Part shown: one piece after another, positions 30,181-40,737 of the stretch
Numbering within the stretch: the stretch's first letter is position 1
Layout of the letters: each line of letters begins with the position of its first letter
DNA from: Sedimentisphaerales bacterium
Lineage (GTDB): Bacteria; Planctomycetota; Phycisphaerae; Sedimentisphaerales; SM23-30
Assembly: GCA_963666285.1 (NCBI GenBank)
Contig: OY762711.1
Length of the DNA: 64,000 bases
Direction: 5' to 3' (one strand)
The notes under the pieces: model-generated
The model's database searches: none
What the model was told of the DNA's origin: nothing
What the model saw: only the letters and a program-made list of their open reading frames with translations
Position numbers and translations under genes: made by a program

Positions 30181-31531
30181 TAATAGGATTATCTACTGCA
30201 CTGTAATATTTCGAACCATAAAATAAACTTAAAGGAGCAAAATAATTTCCGTCCCACAAACCAAACATACTTATTGAGTCTCCGCCAGAAACAGAGAGTA
30301 TATGCCAGCCTTGCTTAAAGTCCGGTGATATTTTAATGCATTTATTCGCCGAATCGACAAGCTGCCATACATCCTCGTTTCCTGGCAAACTACTTTCAGG
30401 CAATAACCTAACCGGACCCAGCATGGCCGGAACAGATTCAGTCCATGGATTCATCGCTAATTGCCCGGAAAAACTTTCAATTAACATATCAATATTATTA
30501 TCTGACTGTATCGCTTCTACTATAACAGGATTATCTTTACGACTTTTTATCAATGCTCTTAACGGGAAAGAACCCGGGTAAAATACAAGTTCAGCTTCTA
30601 TTTGGGTACCGGTAATTAATGTTTTTTCTAAAACAGCATTTCCTGCGGCAAAATCAAGGATAAGGGCATACCTGTTAGTCTCTTTCCCAAATAGCCATGT
30701 CCGCTGAATTTTAAGATTATCCTGCTGTTCAACCTGTTGAGCCAATACAGCCCAGGTATCGTTTATAGATTCAGCTTCTAAAACCTGTTCCTTTGGAACA
30801 TTCCAGCCAACAAGAGAACGAATATCAGCCTGCAGATCTTCATCGAAAATTTCAATATTCCTATATGCCTTTATCAGCATATACAATTTCCCTATCTCGG
30901 CAGTCAAAGTGTCCTGCCAGCCTGGATCTCCCATGGAAACTTCAGCCATTTTCTTAATACGACCTGATAAACCTGACACCTGGGCATCTACCATACGGGC
31001 AGCCATATCATTCCAATAAGAATATGACTGACTATGAGCCCAGGCCAGACCTTGCCTGAGCATATCACCCAACCAGAGTGATATTTCGTCCAGGCCGGAG
31101 CGGATCTTCTTTTCTCTCTGGGCTATCCGTTTGGCTTGTGCTTCAGGATCCGGCGGCTTACTTGCTTCTTTTGCTTTTTGCTCTTTTATTTCAGTTCGAT
31201 GGTCTCTGCCGTCTAGCCATTCACTTACCCAGCCGGGTGCCGCAGTATCAGCAAATGCCTTCGTCTCATTTGCATACAACAGAAACAATGCCAGTGAATG
31301 CTTACAGGGAAATTTCCTGCTGGGACAACTGCATTTAAAGGCAGGTCCATTAAGATCGATGCGCGTTTGATAAGGTTTTTTCCCGCTGCCCTTGCATTGA
31401 CCCCAGACAGCACGGTCTGAATAACCGAGATCCGACCATTTACTCAAACTGGTAAGACCTTTTGCAGCTTTGACCGAAGCACTATCCGGCGATAACTCAA
31501 GAACCTTATCCGTTGTCCAAAAATTACCCAA
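30158..31531 (-). CDS. SWIM zinc-finger protein, YehQ-like
   Basis: WGQCKGSGKKPY...CSCPSRKFPCKH; ARMVDAQ. Confidence 0.9.
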   Translation of the reverse strand: MGNFWTTDKVLELSPDSASVKAAKGLTSLSKWSDLGYSDRAVWGQCKGSGKKPYQTRIDLNGPAFKCSCPSRKFPCKHSLALFLLYANETKAFADTAAPGWVSEWLDGRDHRTEIKEQKAKEASKPPDPEAQAKRIAQREKKIRSGLDEISLWLGDMLRQGLAWAHSQSYSYWNDMAARMVDAQVSGLSGRIKKMAEVSMGDPGWQDTLTAEIGKLYMLIKAYRNIEIFDEDLQADIRSLVGWNVPKEQVLEAESINDTWAVLAQQVEQQDNLKIQRTWLFGKETNRYALILDFAAGNAVLEKTLITGTQIEAELVFYPGSFPLRALIKSRKDNPVIVEAIQSDNNIDMLIESFSGQLAMNPWTESVPAMLGPVRLLPESSLPGNEDVWQLVDSANKCIKISPDFKQGWHILSVSGGDSISMFGLWDGNYFAPLSLFYGSKYYSAVDNPIIGLRGVG

Positions 31532-31848
31532 ACTATCTCCTTTTTAATTTGGCTTATTTCTGGGATACATAAACCCGTTAAATCCAACAGAAATCATTAT
31601 AGAATTATTCGCCCGCTTATCAATTACAAAATGCTTATTGATACATATATGTAAATCAAATATATAATTCGTGGCATTATATTGTTCTTTAGATAAAAAC
31701 TAATATTACTGATGTAAGAAAACCACAATAAAGTAAACAATCACTGTGTCAGATCTGTGCCAGTTGCCACTGCTGATTAATGTTATCGAGTTGTTAGGGA
31801 AGTTGCATTTCACTTGAAACTAAGTTTTTTGACACCAAAACCAGGCCT

Positions 31849-32057
31849 TTACCCCTTATAAAATAGTAGCTTACAAACAAAAAACGCAACTTCCGAGGAG
31901 GTGACACTGGTTCAAGTCCTGCATAAGCTCATTTGATATAACACTCTGTAATTTTGACAGTTACAGAGCTTTTTCTTTTTATATCCCCCCTGTTTTTTAT
32001 TGGTTTATGTGTCTCTGCACATATATAGCGCACTTTTGATCTGACTTTTGAGTCGGG
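31849..32057 (+). mobile_element. att-like island junction B (best-preserved tRNA T-arm remnant)
   Basis: GAGGTGACACTGGTTCAAGTCCTGCATAAGCTCA (31898-31931) carries a GGTTCAAGTCC T-loop. It is followed by a hairpin plus T-tract and the tail shared with junction A. Confidence 0.72.
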
Positions 32058-32176
32058 AGACAATTGGATGAAAAATGCCCTGGCTGAAAAACGATGAGGA
32101 AAATCCTAACAGACTTGATGAGTATTAATCTTTAAGCAAAACCTCAATTACCCAAACTACAATTTCCTTCATTGTT

Positions 32177-32926
32177 TTATTTCATATACTGTTTTCTTAA
32201 GTTAAATTGCTTATCCAATGGCAAACCCAATAATAACAATGCCTGCTGAACCACCACATCTTCAAGCCTCTCCAGATACGCACTGCTATAGGCTGATTTG
32301 TCAAGCAATTCTAAAATAAATTCCATATTTAAAGCATGGAAAAATATAGGAGTATTCAATATAATCGAAAGCATTAGAGCTTCATCATGAGAGACCCCCG
32401 GCAATATCAATCTAATCACATTTAGTGTTGATTTTATATCATTATCTAAAAATCTCTCCTTCAGATAATCTTGCAACTCACTTTTAGTTTGGAGTAATTG
32501 ATAAACTATTTTGGCATGCCAATCGGGTTTATTTTCATTAAATAACATATGTATTTGCCGATGAATCAATACACGAATAGCTTTTGCTTGCCCTTCAGGA
32601 CTGTCCATTATATCACTATAGGGCTTCAGTGCCTTTTCAGCACTAAATTCAATAAAATCATTTATCGAATCATCAATTACAGCCTTAAATAAATTGGATT
32701 TACTACCAAAATGATAATGAATACTTCCAATATTCACTTTACAAGCATCTGCAATCATTCGGGTTGAAATAGAATGAAAACTATGTTTTCCTGCTAAACA
32801 ACCAGCAGTATCAATTACAATCTGCCTGGTCAACTCCCCACTCTTATAAGTCTTACCTTTATAGATACTTGTTTTTTTTGTTCTCACGATATTAAAAATA
32901 TCCTTAAAATTATAATATTTTATCAA
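32177..32926 (-). CDS. TetR-family regulator (CerR/DUF1956-like C-terminus)
   Basis: STRMIADACKVNIGSIHYHFGSKSNLF HTH. The start could instead be the GTG at 32887. Confidence 0.88.
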   Translation of the reverse strand: MIKYYNFKDIFNIVRTKKTSIYKGKTYKSGELTRQIVIDTAGCLAGKHSFHSISTRMIADACKVNIGSIHYHFGSKSNLFKAVIDDSINDFIEFSAEKALKPYSDIMDSPEGQAKAIRVLIHRQIHMLFNENKPDWHAKIVYQLLQTKSELQDYLKERFLDNDIKSTLNVIRLILPGVSHDEALMLSIILNTPIFFHALNMEFILELLDKSAYSSAYLERLEDVVVQQALLLLGLPLDKQFNLRKQYMK

Positions 32927-32949
32927 AACATCAATTATCTAACACTACA

Positions 32950-32978
32950 AATTTACACGACCAAATAAAATCAGTCAA
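32950..32978 (-). promoter_or_regulatory. Sigma70-like promoter of tetR
   Basis: TTGACT-N17-TAAATT, with the same hexamers and adjacent TCGTG as 40111-40139. Confidence 0.6.
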
Positions 32979-33352
32979 GATTCTTAAGCAAATATTTACC
33001 AATTACTCTATTCAAATAAGAGAGATATATCACATAACTAAATTATTACGAACTTAAATAGCAGCAATATGAGTATATCTGCAATATTTGTAGTTTTGTA
33101 ACATTTTTCAAATATCTAATTATTCAAAATAGCCCAGGCAACCAAGGTGACCATCAAGCTGTATATTTATAGTAGCCTGGGCATAATTGTATTTTGGAAA
33201 AAATGATATTATCATTCAACAAAACAAACTCCTAAATATCCTCTAACCACATCATCTCATTAATACAGCTTATAAATTTCAACTTTCTATTGAAAACCAT
33301 CGCTGTAAACCCAAATTGAGGATATTGTCTTTTTTATAAATTCAACATATAT

Positions 33353-34699
33353 TTACTTCTCACAAATATTTTCCATAATTTCAGTTATCTTTCCGGTTTC
33401 AGCATCCAAAGTTATCCCATCAATCTCACATTGGATTTTAGCAGCATTAACCCTGACAAATACTGCAACCAAATCAGTCTGCACCTCATTTAATCTGGTA
33501 ACTGAAACTGTTCCTGCCAGATAAGCCTTGTTTACACTATCTCTTATTCGAACGGCTAAATTCTGGATTTTGAGCTGGTTTTCTAAAATACGGTATGAAT
33601 TATCAAGATTTGCTATGGCCTGCTGAATACCTGACTGAATTTCTAGAATTTTACCTTTATATTGCTGTTCCAGCATCAATTCATCATGCCTCGCTTGAGC
33701 CACCTGAGATTCCCTCCGCCCCCCAGAAAACAAATTCCAACTCAAGTTAACTCCTAAATAGCCAATATTTTCATCCTGGTCAATAACACCTACATCTTCT
33801 GTCTTGGTATAATCTACTCCGCCAACTACAGACAACTTCGGATAATAATTACCCTTTTGAACCTTAACGCGATGCTTGGCCGCAATAATCTCAGCCTGTA
33901 CCTTCCTCAGGTCTGGTCGATGTTCTAATGCATAACTAAATTCCTGGTTAAAATCATATTCAAACTCCTTAACTGCTGACTTAAACCTTTCCGGCAACAG
34001 TTCAGCTGTCAATTCAGCATCTTTTACTGCCATCAATTCAGCCAAAACAGTACACGCAGTCCGAAAATTCAACTCAGCATTCATATAATCTGTCTCTGCC
34101 TGTAATGCTCGTAGTGAAAAATTTAATACCTCAGACTCCGGAGCCGTTCCGGTCTCATATCTTACCTTGGCTTGCTGTTCCAAATGTAGGTTAAAATGCT
34201 GGTTCTGAGCGGCAACAACCATATTCTCCATAGCAAGTTGTGATTGTAGAAACGCTATTGAACTTGCCTGAGCCAGCAATCTTTTAATGTTAAAAGACAA
34301 TTCTTCTGCCTGTTTAATTTCCTGTTGTGCTATCATAATATTTGCTTCTCGAACAAAGCCATCAAACAAAAGCCAGTTAAATCCTATCCCAACAGTCCAT
34401 TGATTCATATACTCTTTCATACGATAGTCAGGTTCCCAGTCAGGCTGGTCTACAACTCTTTGATATTTTCTACCTGCCGTTAAATCAACAGCTGGGATCC
34501 GTGATGATTGAACCTGCTTCAATATCTGGCCCGCCGAATTAATTCTCTCAACGGCAGCAGCAAAGTCAGGATTGTTAGTCAATGTTATTTCGCAGGCTCG
34601 CTCTAAAGTAAGAGTTCCACTGGAAATATCATCTGAAAGTTCTGCAGCAATTACCGAGTTGCAGAGCAAACTCATTAAAAATATTAAAGTATATCTCAT
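33353..34699 (-). CDS. TolC-family outer-membrane efflux protein
   Basis: Signal peptide; LTLERAC...NNPD, two OEP repeats (W.LFDG, RPDL, YPKL, WNLFSGG). Confidence 0.92.
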   Translation of the reverse strand: MRYTLIFLMSLLCNSVIAAELSDDISSGTLTLERACEITLTNNPDFAAAVERINSAGQILKQVQSSRIPAVDLTAGRKYQRVVDQPDWEPDYRMKEYMNQWTVGIGFNWLLFDGFVREANIMIAQQEIKQAEELSFNIKRLLAQASSIAFLQSQLAMENMVVAAQNQHFNLHLEQQAKVRYETGTAPESEVLNFSLRALQAETDYMNAELNFRTACTVLAELMAVKDAELTAELLPERFKSAVKEFEYDFNQEFSYALEHRPDLRKVQAEIIAAKHRVKVQKGNYYPKLSVVGGVDYTKTEDVGVIDQDENIGYLGVNLSWNLFSGGRRESQVAQARHDELMLEQQYKGKILEIQSGIQQAIANLDNSYRILENQLKIQNLAVRIRDSVNKAYLAGTVSVTRLNEVQTDLVAVFVRVNAAKIQCEIDGITLDAETGKITEIMENICEK

Positions 34700-34755
34700 A
34701 TTATATCCTATTTATATGTGTATCTACTATAAAAATTAGTATTCAAATATATCAC

Positions 34756-37700
34756 CTACTCGTTACAATTCCAATCCAGATATCTTCGTTCAGGCTTTAT
34801 CCTGAACAGCAATGAATATAATACAGGAACAACAAATAAAGTCAAAAATGTCGCTGCAAATAACCCGCTCATTATAGTACCTGCCATCGCCTGATATAAT
34901 GGATCTGATGTTAAAGGCGCCATACCAAGGATAGTGGTTCCTGATGCCATTACTACAGGCCGCATACGACTAACCGAAGAGTCCAAAATAGCCTTATATG
35001 GAGGTTTCCCTTCTTTAAGATCAATTTCAATCTGGTCTATAAGAACAATAGCATTCTTTATCAACATACCTGACAACCCAAGAAAACCTAAAATTGCCAT
35101 AAAACCAAACGCCATCCGCAATACCATCAAGCCGGGGGCAACACCTATTAATGCCAGTGGTACAATTAGCATTATTAAGCCAGAACGTCGTAAAGAATTA
35201 AACAGAATTAGCAAAATAACATACATACCAATAATACATAACGGGAATATCTTTGCAAGCGGCTCCTGACTTTCAATAGAACTTTCATACTCGCCACCCC
35301 ATTCCAGAGAATAGCCTGTAGGCAACTCAATGTCACTTGCCTGGATCATAATGCTTTGAAGAACCTCTGCGACATTATAGCCTGGCTGAGGATTACACAT
35401 AATAGTAATAGTCTTTTCCCTGTTATAACGCTGTATCAAAGGCCACTGCCATGTGTGTGAAATTCCTGTCAAAGTCTGACTAATGGGAATAAAGCTTTGC
35501 TTGACTGGACTCCATACTTGCACATCAGCGATCTGCCCTACACCTTGCCTCTGCTGTTTTCCAGTCCTGAATACTATTGGTAAAAGTTCGTCCGATTCAC
35601 GATAGACTCCTGTTGTAAGCCCGGTATAATTCATCTGCAAAGCATTTGACAAATCGCTTCTGGAAATACCTACAATCCTAGCCTGTTGCTCAGAAAAATC
35701 TGGCTGAATTATACTTGTCGGTGTCCTCCAGTCATTAAAATAATCCTGCGTATGTGGAGTTGATTTCATAATCATTTCCATCTGGCCCGCCAGCATTTCC
35801 AAAACTTTTTGCTCCCCCCCCCTCAACCTGGCCTGGATTTTATATGTGTTTCCGGGACCATTAGGTATTTTACAAACATTTGGAGTAGCATCAGGGAAAT
35901 TCTCAGTCATATATTCGAGTATCTGTTCCTGTAAACCATCAATCCTTTTATAGTCGTCAGTTTTTACAAGTATCTGACCGTAGCTGCTGTTTTTACTTTC
36001 GTAATCATAAGACAAGATAAATCTCAACGAACCTTCACCTATAAATGATGTAACGTCCAGGACACCATCAAGCCCGGCTACATAACGCTCAATTGCCATA
36101 AGATCACTAGCTGTTTTCTCAATATGAGTCCCTTGCCCACTCCAGTAATTCACATAAAAATACGATTTAGTCGAATCTGGAAAAAATGCTTTGGGAACCT
36201 TATTTGCAAATGTAATTTGAGCTAGTACAAGCATTGCTATTACACAAGCTAATGACAACCACCTGAACTTGATTACCGTGTGAAGCATTTTCCTGTAAAC
36301 ATTGAACATTGGCCTGTCATATGGATTAGCCATATGAATATCAGGTATTTTTAAAAACCATACACACAGCAGAGGTGTGACAGTAACAGCTAATATCCAA
36401 CTTAATAATAATGACACTGCCATTACATCAAATAATGATCGACAGAATTCACCCACATTTCCAGGCGAGAAACCAATTGCTGTAAAAGCAAGTATTGCAA
36501 TCATGGTAGCACCAAGCAATGGCCAACGAGTATCACGTACAGTATCCTCCGCGGCATCAATACGACTCTCACCACGCTCTACGCGTATTAGAATTCCCTC
36601 GGCAACCACTATCGCATTATCTACAAGCATTCCTAGAGCCAGAATCAAAGCGCCAAGAGATATCTTTTGTAAAGTAATATCCATCACCTGCATAGCAACA
36701 AATGTCCCTAGTATATTTAGCAGAAGAATAAAACCTATCAATAGTCCGCTCGGTGCTCCCATAAATATCATCAGCAATACAACCACAATAACCACAGCTT
36801 CGGCAAGGTTCCAGACAAACATATTTACCGCCTCGACCACTACGTCACTCTGGCAATATATTAAATTAATCTTGACCCCTTCCGGTAATACCGGTGTTAG
36901 TTCGTCAATTTTGGCTTTTACGGACTCCCCCATTGTTATTACATTTCCACCATCAATTGTTGAAATACCCAACCCAATACATTCTCTGCCATTATATCTC
37001 ATCATATTTGTCGGCGGCTCTATATAACCTCTATACACACTGGCAACATCAGAGACTCTTATCAAACGTTCATCGTTTCCTATCAGCAAATTTTTTATAC
37101 TGTCTTCACTCCGAAAATCTCCACTCGGTAAAATTCTTAAATAGGAATCACCTACTGTCACTTTACCACTTTGAGTTACCGCATTTTGATTGTTAATAGT
37201 TTGCACTATCTGCATTGGTGGAATACCAAGCTCAGCCATCCTTGCTCGGTCATATTCAACATAAATGCATTCTTGACGCAACCCCCAGAAGTTGACTTTC
37301 GCCACATCCTCACATAGCAATAGTTCATTCTTAAGTTCATCTGCTATGTCTTTAAGTTTGGCATAGCCATACCCCGGAGCTGTAATGGCATAATACACAC
37401 CGTATACATCTCCGAAATCATCATTGACAATAGAAGGGCCGGCTCCGGATGGCAAATACATCTGACAATCATTAATCTTACGACGCAGCTCGTCCCAGAT
37501 TTGGGGTAGTTCACTTCCATGTATCTCATCTTTTATGTCAACAAAAACATAAGACATACCATCTTCAGAAGTAGAGTAAACCTTCTTAACCTCGCCGATC
37601 TCCTGAATCGCCTCTTCTATTACATCTGTAACTTCCTCCTCAACTTCTGATGGAGTAGCACCTGCATATGGCGTAACAACCAATGCTGTCTTAATTGTAA

Positions 37701-37818
37701 AGGTAGGATCTTCAAGACGTCCCAGTTTTTCGTAAGAAATTATCCCGCAACCAATAAGAAGTAGCGTAAGTACAACCATCGTAGTACGGTTTTTCAATGC
37801 AAATCTTGCTGGATTCAT
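34756..37818 (-). CDS. RND efflux permease (AcrB/AcrD/AcrF family)
   Basis: GRLEDP.F, LGMLVDNAIVV, GMLIKNAIVL, SRMRPV; 12-TM architecture. Confidence 0.95.
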   Translation of the reverse strand: MNPARFALKNRTTMVVLTLLLIGCGIISYEKLGRLEDPTFTIKTALVVTPYAGATPSEVEEEVTDVIEEAIQEIGEVKKVYSTSEDGMSYVFVDIKDEIHGSELPQIWDELRRKINDCQMYLPSGAGPSIVNDDFGDVYGVYYAITAPGYGYAKLKDIADELKNELLLCEDVAKVNFWGLRQECIYVEYDRARMAELGIPPMQIVQTINNQNAVTQSGKVTVGDSYLRILPSGDFRSEDSIKNLLIGNDERLIRVSDVASVYRGYIEPPTNMMRYNGRECIGLGISTIDGGNVITMGESVKAKIDELTPVLPEGVKINLIYCQSDVVVEAVNMFVWNLAEAVVIVVVLLMIFMGAPSGLLIGFILLLNILGTFVAMQVMDITLQKISLGALILALGMLVDNAIVVAEGILIRVERGESRIDAAEDTVRDTRWPLLGATMIAILAFTAIGFSPGNVGEFCRSLFDVMAVSLLLSWILAVTVTPLLCVWFLKIPDIHMANPYDRPMFNVYRKMLHTVIKFRWLSLACVIAMLVLAQITFANKVPKAFFPDSTKSYFYVNYWSGQGTHIEKTASDLMAIERYVAGLDGVLDVTSFIGEGSLRFILSYDYESKNSSYGQILVKTDDYKRIDGLQEQILEYMTENFPDATPNVCKIPNGPGNTYKIQARLRGGEQKVLEMLAGQMEMIMKSTPHTQDYFNDWRTPTSIIQPDFSEQQARIVGISRSDLSNALQMNYTGLTTGVYRESDELLPIVFRTGKQQRQGVGQIADVQVWSPVKQSFIPISQTLTGISHTWQWPLIQRYNREKTITIMCNPQPGYNVAEVLQSIMIQASDIELPTGYSLEWGGEYESSIESQEPLAKIFPLCIIGMYVILLILFNSLRRSGLIMLIVPLALIGVAPGLMVLRMAFGFMAILGFLGLSGMLIKNAIVLIDQIEIDLKEGKPPYKAILDSSVSRMRPVVMASGTTILGMAPLTSDPLYQAMAGTIMSGLFAATFLTLFVVPVLYSLLFRIKPERRYLDWNCNE

Positions 37819-38122
37819 AGTATTCCTATTTATATATTTCTATGTTAGTTAACTTTCGTAGTTTCTAAGTTGCACAAATCGCCTAACAGGGCCTCCCTGT
37901 TGAATTTAAACAAAACGTGAGACGACCTGCCCTGAGCTAGTCGAAGGATAGTCGAACACTTTAATTTTTAACTTTTCATTTTTCACTTAATTCGCCCTGT
38001 TCCGACCATTGCATATAATGCTGAACAGTCAAAAGTGCGACATATATATGATGCGAAGCATAAACCGCACTGTTATAGGTGGGAAATAAAACGGCCTTAA
38101 GGGTTAAAATTCTTCGAAATGA

Positions 38123-39271
38123 TTATTGCTCAATAATTGCAGCCTGCAGTGAAGTATCCGCATCAATATGTGTGTATCCTTGAACAACAACCATATCACC
38201 ATCATTTACCCCGTCGCTTACAACCAGATCATCCTGCCCGTAATAGCCCGCAAGCTTAATAAAACACTTACAGGCTTTCTGACTAGATTCAGAATAGAGC
38301 CATATAAAAGATTTCTCTCGCTCATTTAACACACAACTTTCAGGAACAGTTATTGATTGCCTCTGAGAATTATTCGGTTCTATAATTACGTTAGTACTCA
38401 TCCCAGGCATAATCTGGATATCAGACAAATTTGGCATGGAAAAAGTCAACCTGTACGTTTTAGTTACAGGATCAGAACCTATTTGCCATTCAACTAGTTC
38501 CGCAGAAAAAATACGATTAGAAAAAGCGGGAAACGTTACTGATCCCTGAAGATCTTGAGATAACTTGTAATCAGCAATTTTATTTTCCGGAACAAACACA
38601 TCAATTTCTAAAATTGAGATATCCTGAACAACCAGAACTGTTGTTCCGGCATTGACAATTTCGTAATTCTCGACGAACTGTTCGGAGACTATACCATCAT
38701 AAGGAGCCCTAAGTTCTGTATCCTGCAATTGATGCCTGGCTATTACCAACTGAGACTCCACTGCTTTCAATCCAGCTTTTGCAGCAGCCAAAGCGTTAAC
38801 TGCATGATCATAATTTTCCTGAGTAGTAACATTCTCATTAAATAATTTACTACTCCGCTTATAATCCTGCTTTGCATTCTCCAACTGAGACTGCACACTT
38901 TCCTTCTGAGCCATAAGAACAGCAATCCTGTCCTGAAAATCACGAGGATCTATCTGAAGCATTAATTGACCTTCTTTAACCATATCGCCAGGCCTAACAT
39001 CAAGCTTTACCAATGGACCGGAAACTCGAAATGCCAGCTTAGTTTCAACACTCGATCTTATTGTGCCAGGATAGGAACATGACTCGGCAATTGCATGAGC
39101 TTTGACTTTTAATACTGTCACAGGCATCGCTGTCGCAAAGTTTGCGGCATTGTTACTAAGTTCTTCACCTGCTTTTGCTGATGACTTATTAGCCGCAACA
39201 AAGACTCCAACACAAACTGATATCGCAACAATATAAATCACTACCTGTTTTACTAGCTGTCGAGTAGGCAT
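38123..39271 (-). CDS. RND periplasmic adaptor (MFP); its original start codon (39981) is separated from it by a group II intron
   Basis: LAFRVSG...V..GD.VK.GQ, LRAPYDG. The unspliced start is the ATG at 39271 behind AAAGGAGG; the spliced form reads MKLVKQVVIY. Confidence 0.9.
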   Translation of the reverse strand: MPTRQLVKQVVIYIVAISVCVGVFVAANKSSAKAGEELSNNAANFATAMPVTVLKVKAHAIAESCSYPGTIRSSVETKLAFRVSGPLVKLDVRPGDMVKEGQLMLQIDPRDFQDRIAVLMAQKESVQSQLENAKQDYKRSSKLFNENVTTQENYDHAVNALAAAKAGLKAVESQLVIARHQLQDTELRAPYDGIVSEQFVENYEIVNAGTTVLVVQDISILEIDVFVPENKIADYKLSQDLQGSVTFPAFSNRIFSAELVEWQIGSDPVTKTYRLTFSMPNLSDIQIMPGMSTNVIIEPNNSQRQSITVPESCVLNEREKSFIWLYSESSQKACKCFIKLAGYYGQDDLVVSDGVNDGDMVVVQGYTHIDADTSLQAAIIEQ

Positions 39272-39977
39272 GTCGCCTCCTTTCATTAATTTAACAAATT
39301 CTGAGTTTCATTATATTTTGTGCAAGGAAACGCATGCCCCTCACTGAACCGGACTTGAAGATTTCCCTCATCCGGCTCTTCATTAATGCTCACTTTGACG
39401 GCTACATAAGGCAAAGTAATGTGCCTTGTAGAAGTCTCCGATAGAAGACGCTGTGGAACGTTCATGGTTTCTTCCAGTTCAGTGCCTGGCCAATATCCTG
39501 TTTCGCCTTTACACATTAATGCTGACCCCTTCGAGTGCCTCAAACTTCGAAACTCAACAGGCATTACCCTGTTTACTCCTCTACTATGAGTCAGTCCGAC
39601 TACCAAAATGCCATACGGCCGCGTCACGGTTTCAGCTCCTTGGCCGCTTCCTTTCGGAGCACTTCGGTTCTCCCAAGTTCCAATGCAGTCAGTTCGTTTG
39701 CCCGCTACGGACTCAGACCCCGGCTCGTCGATAGATGCTCGCCGTATTTCGCATATATCGATATTGGCTTCAGGCATATGAAAACCCTGGCCCGGATGCG
39801 ATAAGGAATAATTTCGGGGCTCAACACCTTCACTTGCGTTGTGGCTGACAAACTCCTTTCCCGGGGCTTCGTACAGTTCGTTACCTCTCTGCACGCCCGG
39901 TGCTGTAATGGGCGGGTGGCTAGCCCTTACCCATGCCGGATTGGCCGGCTTGACTACATTAGCTTCGCTTGGCGCTC
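39259..39977 (-). mobile_element. ORF-less group II intron (719 nt) inserted after nt 4 of the MFP gene
   Basis: Domain V GAGCCGGATGAGGGAAATCTTCAAGTCCGGTTC; domain VI GAGGGGCATG...CATGCCT(A)CTC-GAC with a bulged A 7 nt from the end; 5' end GAGCG. EBS1 UCAUAU (39776-39781) complements the exon end AUAUGA, and splicing restores the reading frame. Confidence 0.88.
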
Positions 39978-40110
39978 TCATATTTTATTTCCTTAAATAT
40001 TTTCTTTTCCAAAAACAACCACAGTATTTCAAAATAGCATAGCCCAAAGCCATCATTGATATTACTAATACAAACAAACTACACTATCATTCAAATGAAA
40101 TGCTTTATTC

Positions 40111-40139
40111 AATTTACACGATCGACCAATATTAGTCAA
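40111..40139 (-). promoter_or_regulatory. Sigma70-like promoter of the efflux operon
   Basis: TTGACT-N17-TAAATT, matching the tetR promoter. Confidence 0.6.
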
Positions 40140-40737
40140 GTGATTAAATTTCAAAATCTCCCAACTGCATCTATTTCAATTCATTAAATTTACTAGACGA
40201 ACATTATTGGGTTCTAATAACCTAAATTGAATTTGCGACTCTCATGTAAAGGTTATCGGAACATCATTGAATAGCGTTCTTATCTAAAATGGTAGTTTAC
40301 TCTTATATACTACTTCCACTTCTTTCAAGCTTTCTGTTTATCCAAATGGCACCTCCATTTCCCAAAAAAAATGCCATATCATACTGCTAATACTAGACTT
40401 AAATAAAGCATCCGTCAACGTATGAATATGACCAACTCCTGCGTTGCCCTCTAGCAATTGGAATCTTTACGACGACATAATTCTCGGATTATCTCACCTG
40501 TCATCTTACGGTATTTTTAATCCTTCCCTTCTTTCGATATTTTGCTACTATTATCATATGATACTTGCATTTCCATTTGACACAGGATTGGCTTTGCCGG
40601 TCTTTTATTTTGGTTCTCCTTTACCTCTTTCAGAGTCTTTCGGAGAGCCATTGGTTTATGTTTTATCAATTAATAACCCTGGCTAGAAACAACTTCAATA
40701 CCAGGTCTATCCATTTTTTTCTAAAAAGGAATAATTC

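Noticed and set aside
31898..31931. Intact tRNA gene
   Set aside because: Only a decayed 3' half is present, with no D-arm or anticodon arm and a mismatched T-stem. Treated as an att remnant.
38010..38080. Integron attC site (AACAGT...GTGCG...CGCACTGTTATAG)
   Set aside because: A single weak hairpin with no convincing R/L box spacing, no cassette array and no integrase.
39286..39981. 231-aa ORF as a protein-coding gene or intron-encoded reverse transcriptase
   Set aside because: It has no RT motifs (no YADD) and overlays the structured ribozyme domains. Kept only as a possible read-through frame.
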